From Phoronis australis (taxonomy: Eukaryota; Animalia; Phoronida), in NCBI GenBank assembly GCA_002633005.1, contig NMRA01000173.1, forward strand, positions 340,534 through 404,533: DNA of 64,000 bases. The letters are read 5' to 3'. The translations under genes were made by a program, and so were the position numbers. Positions 1-13,110 of the stretch are shown here, piece after piece. Below the pieces are notes generated by a model. The model was not told the origin of the DNA and searched no databases. It saw only the letters and a program-made list of their open reading frames with translations. Position 1 is the first letter of the stretch; every line of letters starts with the position of its first letter.

Positions 1-111
1 TCCTATGTCCACCTTGTCAATGCATATACTGCCTGTGCACATCGGTATCATACGGAACAGGCCCAAGGTTATGGATGACTTGCCACTACCTGTACGGCCG
101 CATAGACCCAC
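1..111 (-). CDS. ABCC8/9: SUR-like exon 25 (partial), NBD2 Walker A
   Basis: [37 protein letters not shown]; AG acceptor at 113-112; runs off the window. Confidence 0.93.
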   Translation of the reverse strand, partial: MGLCGRTGSGKSSITLGLFRMIPMCTGSICIDKVDIG

Positions 112-309
112 CTAATGGAGCAAACAGGCAGACTTGGGCATGGCACAAGACAAATGCAATCAGACAAAATACCATTTTTTCTGTCATGACAGTGAATTTA
201 GAGCTGGTGAGTTACAAATTAAACATGATTTTCGAAATGTTGTAATTCTAGTAGAGTAATACATCCTCATACTCATGTAGTTAACTCTCTCACCTGATAA
301 TGTACTTAC

Positions 310-437
310 CTTAGCACCACCTGGTATAACAGCAGACAAGTTATGCACGACTACAGGTAAAGTGTCAGAGTACTGTAGCGAGACATCTTTGAACTCGACC
401 TCACCATGAGATGGCCAGTCTTCATTTGGCATATAAA
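310..437 (-). CDS. ABCC8/9: SUR-like exon 24
   Basis: YMPNEDWPSHGEVEFKDVSLQYSDTLPVVVHNLSAVIPGGAK; cag acceptor, GTAAG donor. Confidence 0.93.
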
Positions 438-489
438 CTGTGAACATATGTATTCAGATTGTAGTTTTGATCAAAGTATGCAGAAAAAT

Positions 490-1000
490 GTGACTAGAGT
501 GACTTAAAGGATACTAAATATGACTAGAGTGATTTAAAGGATACCAAACATGACTAGAGTGATTTAAAAGATACCAAACATGACTAGAGTGATTTAAAGG
601 ATACCAAACATGACTTGAGTCATTTAAAGGATACCAAACATGACTAGAGTGATTTAAAGGATACCAAACATGACTAGAGTGATTTAAAGGATACCAAACA
701 TGACTAGAGTGATTTAAAGGATACCAAACATGACTAGAGTGATTTAAAGGATACCAAACATGTCTAGAGTGATTTAAAGGATACCAAACATGACTAGAGT
801 GATTTAAAGGATACCAAACATGACTAGAGTGATTTAAAGGATACCAAACATGACTAGAGTGATTTAAAGGATACCAAACATGACCAGAGTGATTTAAAGG
901 ATACCAAACATGACCAGAGTGATTTAAAGGATGCTAAATATGACTAGAGTGAATTAAATGATACTAAATATGACTAGAAAGTGATTTACAGGATACTAAA
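490..1000. repeat. 30-bp minisatellite, about 17 copies
   Basis: TGACTAGAGTGATTTAAAGGATACCAAACA. Confidence 0.97.
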
Positions 1001-1337
1001 TCCTGTTTTAAACTATAAAGAGAACTACACCACCACAATTCACTTTATCTCTTGCCACAACTTTCAAAAGTTTGAGAAAAGTTAAAAAAACATGACTAAG
1101 ATTGTTAAATAAATCACAGTGACTAGTGCTTTGGAAATGTTAATCGAAATGCTAACCTTGATTGCTATGTTCCACTTTGTAACAGTCAGGAAGTGTTTGC
1201 CATGTTTCACTTTGTAACAGTCAACAAGTGTTTATTAATGAAAACATTTATCATAAGTAAAAACTGTATAACTAAGCTGGAGACAGTTTCCAACGAAATC
1301 ACCGAAAGAATGAGTAAAAACCAAACCAAGTACCTAC

Positions 1338-1461
1338 CTGTGCCAGTGGTGGTCTTGGGTTCTTTCTCCATCTCTGTATAGTGAAGAAGGCGTTCCACAG
1401 AGTTGGTATGAAGCTCGAAGTCAATCACATGACGCACGACCCAGTTGAGGCGAATGGCAAC
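1338..1461 (-). CDS. ABCC8/9: SUR-like exon 23
   Basis: VAIRLNWVVRHVIDFELHTNSVERLLHYTEMEKEP; cag/GTAGG. Confidence 0.93.
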
Positions 1462-1821
1462 CTGAAATGATCGTTTATTTCCTGAATGTGATGGCCAACA
1501 CGAACATGACCCAGTATATCCTTACTATGAACATTGCTGAATGTGACGGCCAACACCAACGTGACCAAGTGGATCCTTACCATGAACATTGCTGAATGAC
1601 CAGCTTAGTTATGCACCTACACACACGGACACAAAATTAACATCAAGGATCTGTTTCACAAAAATCTCAATTTTTGTTAAATCTTTCCCACAAACTGCTC
1701 TGTTGACATATTTTGAAGACTCTGTTTGCCACCAATTTAACTTCACCTTCTCACATCGTGTAAATGCATTGTGGGTAAACCACATACTTTGTTCTGGTGC
1801 TGCAAATGTAACAGTACTTAC

Positions 1822-1935
1822 ATTTAACGCATACACAATGGCCAATCCTACAATGCCAGCTGAGGTGTATCCATGGAGACCAGCAACTATACCAGATATG
1901 GTAGCTATGAAGGTAAACACTGCACCCATGTAGTC
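1822..1935 (-). CDS. ABCC8/9: SUR-like exon 22
   Basis: DYMGAVFTFIATISGIVAGLHGYTSAGIVGLAIVYALN; tag/GTAAG; 114 nt. Confidence 0.93.
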
Positions 1936-2439
1936 CTACAAACAGTACAGTGACTGCTTAGAAAGAAATTGACCACAGAACTCAAACACTTGTTTCTTGA
2001 ATTTCGTGAAAATTAAAAAGATATCTGGATTAACATATCTTGTAACATGCCGACATGATCAAGAGTAGCGTAATTCAACTTTCAGTAAATGACTGTGTTA
2101 ACTTCAGTCTGTGTACAGTGAATGTTCAGCAGCAAATACCATTAGGTTTACAGAAGATGATAAGACTATGTTATGATACTTATTTCCAGCTCAATAACAG
2201 TGACGCATTTCAACAGCATGGGACAGACCAAAAATAATCACATTTTAATTACAGCAAAAATAAAATGAGCTGGTGCATGTACAAGACACATCAGGTCAGT
2301 TGCTAACTATACTGTATTATTGGAGGCAAGTCACTGATGTTGTCACAAAGAATGAGTGGACGAAGAGCTAACTGAAGGAAGTAGTGAAATGTGAGAGTCT
2401 CTTCAACAACAGATGGAGCCACATCTTAAGGTTATATAC

Positions 2440-2910
2440 TGGACTTATAAACGAGTCTGACAAATACCTACAAAACCGTAGATTTGAACTCAGAAAAGTA
2501 TTTGAATTTGACTTTGCACAAATCAGCCATCAATTGGGTCACATGACCCTATCTTGTTAGTAAAGTTTAGATGGTTAAGGTACCTTGGTGGCAAAACACC
2601 GGTATCAAAAACATGATCAAGTTTTATATACATGTTCAAGATGAAATCTCGAAAATGCTGTCACAGTTTTTCTAAATTATTTCGTTTTCATGTTATGAAC
2701 TCATACAGTTGTGGCCTTCCCACCAGGAACACATTTTCATAATGATCCTTTGAGCAGTATGGCAGATAGAAAGAGGTGCAGCAGACATGGTCACATGACC
2801 CAAATCATAGGAGACTTGTAAAAGTTAAAAATGGAATTCTGCAAGGTGTCTGCTTTCAGAAAATATACACTTTTACCAAGTTAAAATCTATAATTATGTA
2901 GATATTCAAC
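2440..2910. mobile_element. Palindromic MITE-like family (related pieces near 36600-36790, 37960-38047 + 39610-39730, 63480-63640)
   Basis: Shared GACATGGTCA..TGACCCA...AAAGTCAAAAATCAAATTC motif, present here in both orientations. Confidence 0.5.
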
Positions 2911-4001
2911 TAAATATATTCTCAGACTTGTCCATAACACTGTCCATAACCTTAAGGGTTAAGAAAGAGACATCCACTTAGAATAACAATCGTGTACAAA
3001 ACCTGGGTATCAATTTCAGAGGCAGCAACAGGGAAGGCAATCAGTCTAGCCATAACCAGAGTATTTGGCAAAAGGAGAGGAGAGAAGCAAAATGGACACC
3101 TCAGATGACGGTATAGACAAGCAGGGAAGTTGCAGGTAATTGCCAAGATGGGATGGAATGTTGTTTGTGTCAAATGAGCTGCAGCAGCAGACAATACCTG
3201 ATGTGATTGGCATTAACATAAGTCGACACAGTGAAGACTGAAGCAACTAAGAAGGAAATGGAAATGTAATCATGCAATTAATGCAACACATGAATACACA
3301 ACAAAATGGAAATTTGTATCTTAAAAATACACAACAAAGTTAATTTAAAAACAATGTTATAGCATGAAAAGTACAATCATTAATCAACCCCAAAGACAGC
3401 TTCAAAATATTTGAGCTGTAGATGTCAGTAATAAGTCAAAGCTTCCTGTATACTTCATAAGACAAGGTAAAATAACAACACGGTAATATTATTTCAACAG
3501 ATCTATAAATAAGGCATAATTACCACCACACAACCATCCAACAAAGCTACCAGTAAGCAGTGACAGCTGACCCTATTGGTCATGCAACTAACTACTCTCT
3601 ACGCATAAAATGCACAGTGTGCATTCTAAAGTATTGCATCCAGCCTTTAGCAAACAATTTATCTCTTCCTAAACCCAAAAGTAACTAGTGATCAAAGGGG
3701 ATAGTTTTAACTCAAAACTGGTTTAAGGTGGTTGCAACATAATCCGTAAGATTAGTACCAGAATCACTCAACATAGCAACAAACCACCAGCGCTGTGTAA
3801 CTCTGTAAGGTTTGTAACTAGTCATAGATTGTTGATTCCACAGCCCACCCCCGCACCCCCCAAGTGGTGCATTGAATATTTACAAGTAGCCCCCCCCCAC
3901 TCCCTTACATACAAAGTGCCCACTAGTCACAGATCACACTGAAGTCAATATTCACATAACAAAGTCTCCACAGTCAGTTAATGATGATCAGATGTACTCA
4001 C

Positions 4002-4104
4002 CAGTCTGATACCAAGCCACCTATTAACGGTATGCAGTACTATGAAGGCCAAGTTACTGACATCAATATGATTGTTTGCCTTCTGAATGAATCTTTCCCG
4101 CTGC
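4002..4104 (-). CDS. ABCC8/9: SUR-like exon 21
   Basis: QRERFIQKANNHIDVSNLAFIVLHTVNRWLGIRL; cag/GTGAG; 103 nt. Confidence 0.93.
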
Positions 4105-4449
4105 CTGAAACCAATAGAATATCAATACAGAAGAACTTTCCATTTTGACAAGGAGATTCAACAATACGATATATCATAAGCTGATAATGTACATTACTAC
4201 TGTACAAAAGTTGCGCAAGTCCAATGCCCAATGCATGCATTAGTCCAGTATTGTTGTTCACTTAAACAAGATGGGGTTTTCTTTATTCGGACAGTATTTC
4301 TCAGTTTTACAGTACTTGTCGGGTTAAAGATTATTACTTTAGACTTACATCAGAAATTTGGTCATACTCTGTCACTTCAAAATTACAGAATAAAGGTTAA
4401 AGGTCAGCCCATTATTAGAACATCATAGCCAAGAAATACTTTAAATTAT

Positions 4450-4738
4450 CTCAGAAACTACGAGGTATGGGCACCTTCTCAGAGACTAGGAGGTGTGGGT
4501 ATCTTCTCAGAGACTAGGAGGTGTGGGTATCTTCTCAGAGACTAGGAGGTATGGCTATCTTCTCAGAGACTAGGAGGTATGGGTATCTTCTCAGAGACTA
4601 GGAGGTGTGGGTATCTTCTCAGAGACTGGGAGGTGTGGGTATCTTCTTAGAGACTAGGAGGTGTAGGTATCTTCTCAGAGACTAGGAGGTATGGGTATTT
4701 TCTCAGAGACTAGGAGGTATGGGTATCTTCTCAGAGAC
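4450..4738. repeat. 28-bp minisatellite, about 10 copies
   Basis: TTCTCAGAGACTAGGAGGTRTGGGTATC. Confidence 0.97.
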
Positions 4739-4866
4739 TTAGCACTTTTACTGAAGTGAGATTTAATATTTTTCTGAAATATTTTTTCTCACTTAAGCCA
4801 CTTTTCACAAAACAAAATGCACAAGGCTCCCTTTTGTTATATGGAGATGACACAATTCAAACCTAC

Positions 4867-4959
4867 CCATATGCCCTGATGGTGGACAGACCTGTCAGTG
4901 TCTCGGTGAAATGAGAGAACACTGGGGACTTAGTTATATTCTCCACGCGCTGAAGTTCT
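4867..4959 (-). CDS. ABCC8/9: SUR-like exon 20
   Basis: [30 protein letters not shown]; cag/GTAGG; 93 nt. Confidence 0.95.
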
Positions 4960-5409
4960 CTGCAAGACATAACAACAAATGAGATAGTGCTGGATTTTCC
5001 GTTTCCTGAAAGTTGTCTCCAATCCAAAGCCATAAATTTGATTGTCAGAAGAATGTCATTAGCATTGTTTACAGATACTCTTCATTTAAAATTCACCAAT
5101 TTATAACACAGAATGAGTTTCATCATTCAAAAGATATCTCTCAAATATAAACACTTTGTAATTTTCAGCCATTTATCTTTGCCTTATTTTGCTGCTATTT
5201 TTTCCAAAAAAATGTTAACACGTGGGCAGGGCTTCAGCGGAAACTTTATTACATATGGCAGCCAACTCAAACTTGACTCAGACTCAAAAACACCACATGA
5301 TACGAGTACTTGCAAGTTTACTCGAAGTGAGTCATGTAATCAGTCTATATTCAAGTTAAGTTTTAAGTTGTTACTGAGATTATATGCCAGGCCCAGATGA
5401 ACAACACTA

Positions 5410-5967
5410 AGTATCTCATCTGGTGATATGTATCTCTTCTGGCAATGAGTATCTCCTCTGGTGATAAGCATCACTTCTGGCGAAAAGTATCACCTCTTGT
5501 GATATGTAACTCCTCTGGTGACATGCATCTCTTCTGGTGATATGTATCTCCTCTGGCGATAAGTATCACCTCTTGTGATATGTATCTCCTCTGGTGATAA
5601 GTATCACCTCTTGTGATATGTATCTTCTCTGGTGATATGTATCTCCTCTGGTCATATATTTCTCATGTGGTCATATGTATCACCTCAGGTGATATGTATA
5701 TGCTGTTCTGGTATGTATCTCCTCTGGCGATAAGAATCTCTCCTGGCGATATGTATCTCCTCTGGTGATAAGTATCTCTTCTGGTGATAAGTATCTCATC
5801 TGATGATGTGTATCTCCTCTAGTGATAAGTATCTCCTCTGGTGATAAGAATCTCATCTGGTGATAAATATTTCCTCTGGTGAAGTATCCCCTCTAGTGAT
5901 AAGTATCTCCTCTTGTGATAAGTATCAGCCTCTAGTGATATGTATCTCTCCTGGTGATATGTATCTG
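5410..5967. repeat. 19-bp minisatellite, roughly 29 diverged copies
   Basis: GTATCTCCTCTGGTGATAW. Confidence 0.95.
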
Positions 5968-6149
5968 TACTGCCTGGGTGAGCGCTTAACTGTCAACTCT
6001 TTAGTTGTTATTTTGTGATCTTTTTTGATTTCTTAAGCGCACAGCACATGTAAAAAGTCAAATATGGCTGTTCTGCTCTGTTATTGCCAAAGTGTCATAA
6101 AGAAGACTTGTGAACTTAAGGGTCATATTAACTAATACAAGTAGCCTAC

Positions 6150-6307
6150 CTTGAAGATTTCCTGAAGAATTTCTGAATGGCCACGTAAAATACACCAATC
6201 ACAGCGATGCCAATGAGTGAAAACGAAGAAGCCACCGCACTGACAACAATGGCAGACAGAAGCATTAGAACGGACTGCACCAGGTGACGTGATGTCTCGG
6301 GCATTTT
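6150..6307 (-). CDS. ABCC8/9: SUR-like exon 19
   Basis: KMPETSRHLVQSVLMLLSAIVV...IQKFFRKSSR; aag/GTAGG; 158 nt. Confidence 0.9.
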
Positions 6308-7091
6308 CTTGAATAAAAACAAATAGCATTTGAGCTTTACTTCTTTCAAATTCATTGTATTGTGCTATGAATTGAAAACTTCGCTAAAAAGTTTTAAGTC
6401 TTTAAAAAGTCTATCTTGAACGGTAACACCTAAGTTTGGTCCATTGCTCTAAGCCCATGAGAGCCATAAATTGCCAAATATAACAAACTGTTAGGCGTAT
6501 TAACTTGCTTTTGTCTACGTCACCGTGAGAATCAAGTATTTAATTCAAAAAGCTGCAAATAACACCTGCACGCAATGGTGTTCTATTCAGACCCCTATTC
6601 AATACAAATGGTCTTGACCTTTTGTTGTTTGCGCTGGGATCTAGCAGCGACGCAACATGGCACGAAAAGGCAGATTCACCTACCATTTGACAGGCCTATA
6701 TTTACGTGATTAAACTTGCGTTTTTTTATTTTGCTAAGGCTTTGTTAGGACTACCTGGTTAGCCTAATACATCTAAAATAACAAAACTGTTGAAGTTAAG
6801 CTTTAAGTCATGTTAATTAATAATCTCTATTTGGAAATCACAAAAAGGAGCTCGACATTGATTTAGTTGTTGTGAGATTATCTTCTAAAACAATGCAACT
6901 TATACAGACTACTACCAGTAATACAGCTTGGAGGTGAATACGTTAGGTGTCTAAATGATAGAAAATGTATACAAATCTCACTAGCAAGGTCAATATTTGC
7001 TATCAAAATATACAGGCTAATTTACATAAATTGAATCCAACCGCACCAAGAAACTTCACCTGAGTAAGGCAAAATCTGATTTGTCTTGAAG

Positions 7092-7495
7092 GCAAATGCA
7101 CAAACTAGACGAATCATATCATAGAATAGCCAGAAACAAGTGCACAAACCAGACCAACCATGCAATGGAACAGCCACAGAGAAGTGCACAAACCAGTCCA
7201 AACGTACCAAAGAACAGCCAGAGACAAGTACACAAACCAGATCAACCGTACAATGGAACAGCCAGAGTCAAATGTACAAACCAGACCAACCGTACCACAG
7301 AACAGCCAGAGTCAAATGCACAAACCAGACCAACCATACCATAGAGCAGCCAAAAGTCAAATGCACAAACCAGACCAACCGTACCATAGAACAGCCAAAA
7401 GTCAAATGCACAAACCAAACCAACCGTACAATGGAACAGCCTGAGACAAATGCACAAACCAGACCAACCGTACAATGGAACAGCCAAAGTCAAGT
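7092..7495. repeat. About 44-bp minisatellite, about 9 copies
   Basis: CAAATGCACAAACCAGACCAACCGTACAATGGAACAGCCAGAGT. Confidence 0.95.
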
Positions 7496-7722
7496 GAAAA
7501 TACGACTTTTACATTTTTAACTTATGTGAGTTTTAATGCCCCATTAATACCAGTAATTTCAAGTGTGAGCCTAAATTGTGGCAACAAACAACAGAGTAAA
7601 TGTCTTCACCCCAGCAATATACAACATATTCAGCAATGACCACCTGGCCCCATCTTGACACATTCCTACACATGTACTGCATGACACAAGTCCTGTCCTT
7701 AAACCATCTTTATGCCTCCTAC

Positions 7723-7792
7723 CTCATCAATAGTATTTGTGTCTGCAGTGAACCTGTTCAGTATGCGCCCAACTGGTGTAGAATCAAAAAAT
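7723..7792 (-). CDS. ABCC8/9: SUR-like exon 18
   Basis: FFDSTPVGRILNRFTADTNTIDE; cag/GTAGG; 70 nt. Confidence 0.95.
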
Positions 7793-8431
7793 CTGTCAAA
7801 AGTCAAAATTAAGTGATGTGAGAGCACAGGGGACAGCACTTTAACACACATGTATATTACTATACTGAATATTGTGTTTAATAGACACTTGCAGGATATG
7901 AAACATATAGAGAGTTGAATTAATGACAAGATCAAAAGGCAGTATTAGCAATTAAAAATGCACAAACTTTAAACATCATTTTATTAATAAGTGCTACACT
8001 TTCTTAGGCTAGCCTTGTGAAGTACTGTGGACTTGTTGTTAAATAGTTTGAATTGTAGCAGGTTTCTGTAGAGTGCACACCAGCTATGTAATACATAGAG
8101 ATATGAGAGAGAAGGCAATGAATGCAAATGTCAATATTACAAGACTGTATTCTATCTTTATACTACCAACATATAATGTGCACTTAGCTAGATGGACAAA
8201 GATAGACAAGTCACCCAGATTTCATTGTGGTTCCAAGCTTGAATTACCCTACAGTTTTACCAACTACTGTTCTGCAAGCTTGATTAAGAAGGGTAATCTT
8301 GAATGACATTTACCTCTGTGTTCTTGTGGTTTTGCCAAGCTTGACAGTGTTAGTGATGTAGACTGAATAAAAATGAGACTATAATTTAAAGCAAATCAAC
8401 ACAGGGTTTGAGATTATAACAGCAAACCAAC

Positions 8432-9007
8432 CTCATGGGAGCATCAACAATATGGCGCAACATATCCACATGGATGTTGGTGGCTCCCCTGATGGCGGCC
8501 AGCACAACCAAGAACACAGCTAAGAATGTCAACACCACACCAGCAAGAGATAGACAAACGAATCCAGTCAGGTAATAGACCAGCGCTGCGTTTTCTTCTG
8601 ACTTTGTTTTATTCTGCTGCGACGCCTCAGACCACATGGACAGCCAGAAGTCTTTACCCGTTAATGAGCCGTGCTGGGTAAGAGACAACAACAATGCCAC
8701 AACAACAAGGCCCAGTGAGCATGCCTTGAGAAAGGTCATGTAGACATGCCACGATATGGCTCCCTTCTTTCTCTCCTCTTCCTGAATTAGTTTGCCTTTA
8801 CGTCTATTGAGACTGGTACTGGATGTAGCAATATTTTCCAGCGACATGGCTGGATTTTCAAAGTCCATATCCAAATTGTCAGATCCCCCGTTGCATGATG
8901 ACGAGGCATCACCAGGCTCACGCTTGATCAGATCCGCTGTCATGTCATCAGCTTCTGTTTCATCATCAATATCTCCGATAGAATCAACGTCATTGTCTGC
9001 AGCACCA
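8432..9007 (-). CDS. ABCC8/9: SUR-like exon 17 (NBD1-TMD2 linker and start of TMD2)
   Basis: Acidic linker DNDVDSIGDIDDETEADD, then GKLIQEEERKKGAISWHVY...DFWLSMWS...IVDAPMR; tag/GTTGG. Confidence 0.92.
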
Positions 9008-9274
9008 CTAAAAGATTTAAAATTAATAATTATCTAGCTTTGAATTCGTAGCTTAGTCTACCATTACTTATAGCGAGACAAACGCAGCTTCACAATAACA
9101 TGACACTAGGTTGAAAGTAATAACTGACATGCAGAAACAAGCTCTTTGTGTTGCTACATGATGGTGTTTTGTTAAATTCATGTGTTGTTGAGACATTTAT
9201 ATTTATAACAAATACAGTCCACCAAATAACTGTGTCACTGTCACTGTATACAATGAAGCATACTTGACCCTTAC

Positions 9275-9381
9275 TTGCTAGTCAGTGTCAGCCAGGAGCC
9301 TGTGAATAAGTCTGGGTGATGAGAGTTCAGCTCAGTCAGTGTACCAGTGTGAGTGATCTGACCATTGTTCATTACCAACAC
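9275..9381 (-). CDS. ABCC8/9: SUR-like exon 16
   Basis: VLVMNNGQITHTGTLTELNSHHPDLF; cag/GTAAG. Confidence 0.9.
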
Positions 9382-10358
9382 CTGAGTAAAGAAAGCATGA
9401 GATCAAGCTCCAGTCACAGATTTGTTTTTAACATGTAGTACAAGTGTAACGCAGAGTGTTGATATGTGCCCACAAATGCACCGCAAACGGTGTGCTTCTA
9501 GGGTTGTTTATTTGTATCATAAAAATGGCCACTAGATGATGCAAAACGTCCAATCCATCTGAAAACGGAACATGCCATCGCTTCTTCAATAGAAAGCTTT
9601 TTACTAAATTTCATAAAAATCTAACATGAAAGAACTTCAGAGAAACAAAAGAAAACAGAAAAAATGAAACTGCCACTAGGGGGCACAGTATCCGCCTGAA
9701 ATTCGTCATCTACTGTTAGCTTCCTATAAATACACTTACTAAATTTCATAAAGATCCGGCTGTGAGTTCAGGAGGAGCTACAGCAGTTGATGTCGTCATC
9801 GTAAACTGTCCTATTCACACTGAGAACATATACGCCAATTTTCAAAATCATCCTTAGAATGGTTTGGTTGATAGATGGGTGGACGCCAAAAAACAGACTC
9901 GAAAACAGTAAAAATGGCCATTAGGAGGCGCAAAATACCTCAAATGGATCCGAAAATGGTAGGACAGTGTCACTTCTCCAATATATGCCTATATTCCAAA
10001 TTTTATGAAACTGTTGAGGACCTTTGAATATAAAGGGGTCAACGTAAAAAACTAAAATTGCCACTAGGGGGCACACTGGTGAAAAAATTTGTGCAAAAGT
10101 CGTTGTCGTCTGTTGTCAACATCACAGAAATGCACTTGCTAAATTTAGTAAAGATCCTGCAAACGGTTTAGGAGATGCAGCCATGGGCGCAAAAAACGAA
10201 ACTGCCACTAGGAAGCACCACAGTAGTCAAAGGCATCGGAAAATCATCATCAGCCATCCTCTTCTTAGTAAGAGCAAAATACATTAAATCCATCTGAAAA
10301 CGGGAGGATAGCGTCATCTCATTAATAGATGCCTTTCTCCCAAGCCTTATGGACATAT

Positions 10359-12761
10359 CGGTCAGCCTGTTCAGATCTGCTATAGGGGATCATTATCTCT
10401 TATCTGATTTTGTATACCTTACCCTATTGTGCCTGCATTGACTTCTATAATAAAGGGCTATTGTGGAGATGTTTAAACTGTAGGCTTGGGTAACAATAGG
10501 CATTCCTCTGCCTGTTACTAAAGACCAAGCTACACCACAAGGGAAAGCACTACTTTCAGCCTTTAGCTGGCCAAGCTTAGATATCTATGTCCATTTCAGT
10601 TGGCAGTGTTTTCGAAGAACTTCGGCCCAAGTATAAATATTACACTTCATTTCCCTCTGATAGCATGAAGCGCGCTTATCCCGAGTAAGAGATGATGGCT
10701 GTTGGAAGTTTAAACATTTGAAATGTTCGTTGTAAAAGGATGTTTCACGAATACCATAATCATAGCTAGGGCCAAAACAGAACAGTATTTTTAAAGTCAT
10801 AAGTTTTTTACTATTCAAAGGCCACCTATTCTGATAGTGTTTTTGAATTCCAAGTTCGTACGCCACATGATGCATCGTCTGAGCAGTCTCAAAACTCCCC
10901 AGAAATAAGTAACTGGTGTCAAATTCACGCTACTCTTGATTTAAAATACGTAGGACATTTGTGCACTGAGATAGTACAATTCTCTGATCCCATTAGAAGA
11001 CTAATCAATCGCGAGCATGCGCGCGCCCAGCCTTGAAAATGGGGGGCTCGAATTTCTGTCCATGTGGACAAAAAAATCGAGAGGACTAAAAAAACGGGGT
11101 ACCACCTATCAGAACTGTGCGTATGCATCTTTTTTAGTGGACTTCTGTCTCCTTTTCTCGGACTTTTCGTTTCTCTGAGTGACGACAAGGTTTGTTTCTC
11201 GGCAAGTTGGGCATCAATTTTCGCCGTTCAACGACTGTATGTACCGTATTCGCCGTAATAACCGCCCATGCCCCTATAAGCGCACCCCACGCGTTTTCAG
11301 ACTTTGCTGAAATAAGCGCCCAGTCCATGAACGTGTACACGGGAACAATGACGTACCTACAGTCCTAAAACTCGGCTACTGAGTAACGTCTTCAATTTAT
11401 CAAAAAAGTTTTGCACGGGTCTTCTAGACCAACAGCGGCACTGCTACGTTTGTATTTAGCCGTGACTTTACACTTCAAAGTAACGCAGCGCTTCAAAAAG
11501 AACGCAACAGCGTTGCTACTCTCTCGCGACGACCGTGTCCCACTCTATGGTCTGACCTTTCGGTAGACACATCGACTGTCTCATGAATAAAAATAACTCG
11601 GTGTTAAACGCACGTGGCCAGGAAGCGCGCGCGCTACATACATGAACCTGTCATCAAAGACCTTAGTCGGGAATTTTCCATTCATGAAACGGGTAGCATA
11701 GCATCGATAAGAAATGAATATTGGCACTAATTTCCGACAATTTCTAATACTATAAAACATGTTTGCGTTATTTTTGAGATGTATTGTTTGATTAACCATA
11801 ATTGGTGTTTTTAAGCCGAACATCCGATAAAGTGACAACTGACAGTGAATGCTTACACACCCTTACACCGAAAAATAACTGTCAGATAGTTACGTACGCA
11901 TCCAGCTACACGGCGACTAATATGGGCCTTACCGAGACAAATGTCGAAAGTTTTTAGCACGAGACCGGCGAATGCTGAATGAAACACGCTCTGGTTTAGG
12001 CCTACTGCCTGTGCAAATATCTTTAGACACATCTAGCTAGTTAGAGTGCGTGCCTCTGGCCAAAAGACGGTCTCTGCTTTGGCAAATGAACTCTGGTGAC
12101 ACGCACGCGCTCGCTTATTCGCAGACGAACTTCAAAACAAACGTCACGTGACAACATGTTTGTTCGTCCAGACATTTTTCTCGCCGTGTTGCCGATCATA
12201 CATGTAGATGCACAGATTTGTATTTAAACCTGCCGTTAATCCAGACTCCACGGGAACTTAAAAAATCTTAGAGATGCTACTTATAAAACTTAATGAGGAT
12301 TTTAGGTAATTTGCTTGAGTCAAAACCATTTTTATTCAATCATTGAAATCGCCATATCGAAGACGGCGATTTCGAGGCAGTCAGTCGGCGAGTTTTCGCC
12401 CTGGAATTTCAGCACAATTTTCTGTAAAATGGTCGTAATTTAGCTGCAAAGTTTGATAGCAATGCACCAAAGTTTTGTTGAAAGTCTTTCATAGATTACA
12501 TACGTCACAGAGCATAAATTTTATGAATCTTAGTTTCCGATTTCACCCGTTTCGGAGACCGGGTTTCAACCGCCTTGGGTTACAATATCTGAAACTTCTA
12601 TTCTGGTGTCTGCTCAAGGCCTAGTTAATGCTTACGTAATACTGCACAAGCCATTTGTGTGGTTGGCTGGCTCACTATAGGGCTATTGTTAGGACGGCTT
12701 TGTCATGAGCGACAGCGGGCAACTGGGATAGCGAAGCGGTCGCTCGCTGAGAGGGCTGACC
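10359..12761. mobile_element. Unclassified insertion into HINE copy A with 8-bp terminal IR and long imperfect TSD
   Basis: GGTCAGCC...GGCTGACC ends; flanks CTTATGGACATAT / CTCATGGAAATAT; host core resumes in register after 12761. Confidence 0.6.
10587..12584. mobile_element. CpG-rich 2-kb insert without TIRs, flanked by ATATCT direct repeats
   Basis: ATATCT at 10581-10586 and 12585-12590; composition shift; internal palindromes; no recognisable ORF. Confidence 0.4.
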
Positions 12762-13110
12762 CTCATGGAAATATGTTGAGGACCTTTGAAGATGATACAT
12801 AGGTAAACATAAAAAAATAAAATTGCCACTAAGGGGCGCACCAGTAGTCCGATCCCTGCAAAAGTAGTCGTCGTTTGTTGTCAACATCATATAAATGCAT
12901 TTGCTAAATTTAATACAGATCCTGTAAACGGTTTAGGAGAAAAAAATAATGAAACTGCCACTAGGAGGCGCCACAGTACTCGAAGTCTTTGGAAAATCAT
13001 CGTCAGCCATCCTTTTCATAGTAAGAACATATATGCCAATTTTCACAATCATCCTTAGAGCGGTTTGGTTAAAAGAGGGGTGGATGTCAAAAAACAGACT
13101 CAAAAACAGT

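Noticed and set aside
490-1000. CRISPR-like array (also considered for the other 28-49 bp repeats)
   Set aside because: Units are head-to-tail with no unique spacers, there are no cas genes and the context is a eukaryotic intron
7096-7520. Repetitive ORFs here and at 23168-23540, 29892-30194, 36093-36473, 44430-44855, 45498-45911, 57901-58863
   Set aside because: They are translations of minisatellites, open in several frames and strands, with no splice or domain support
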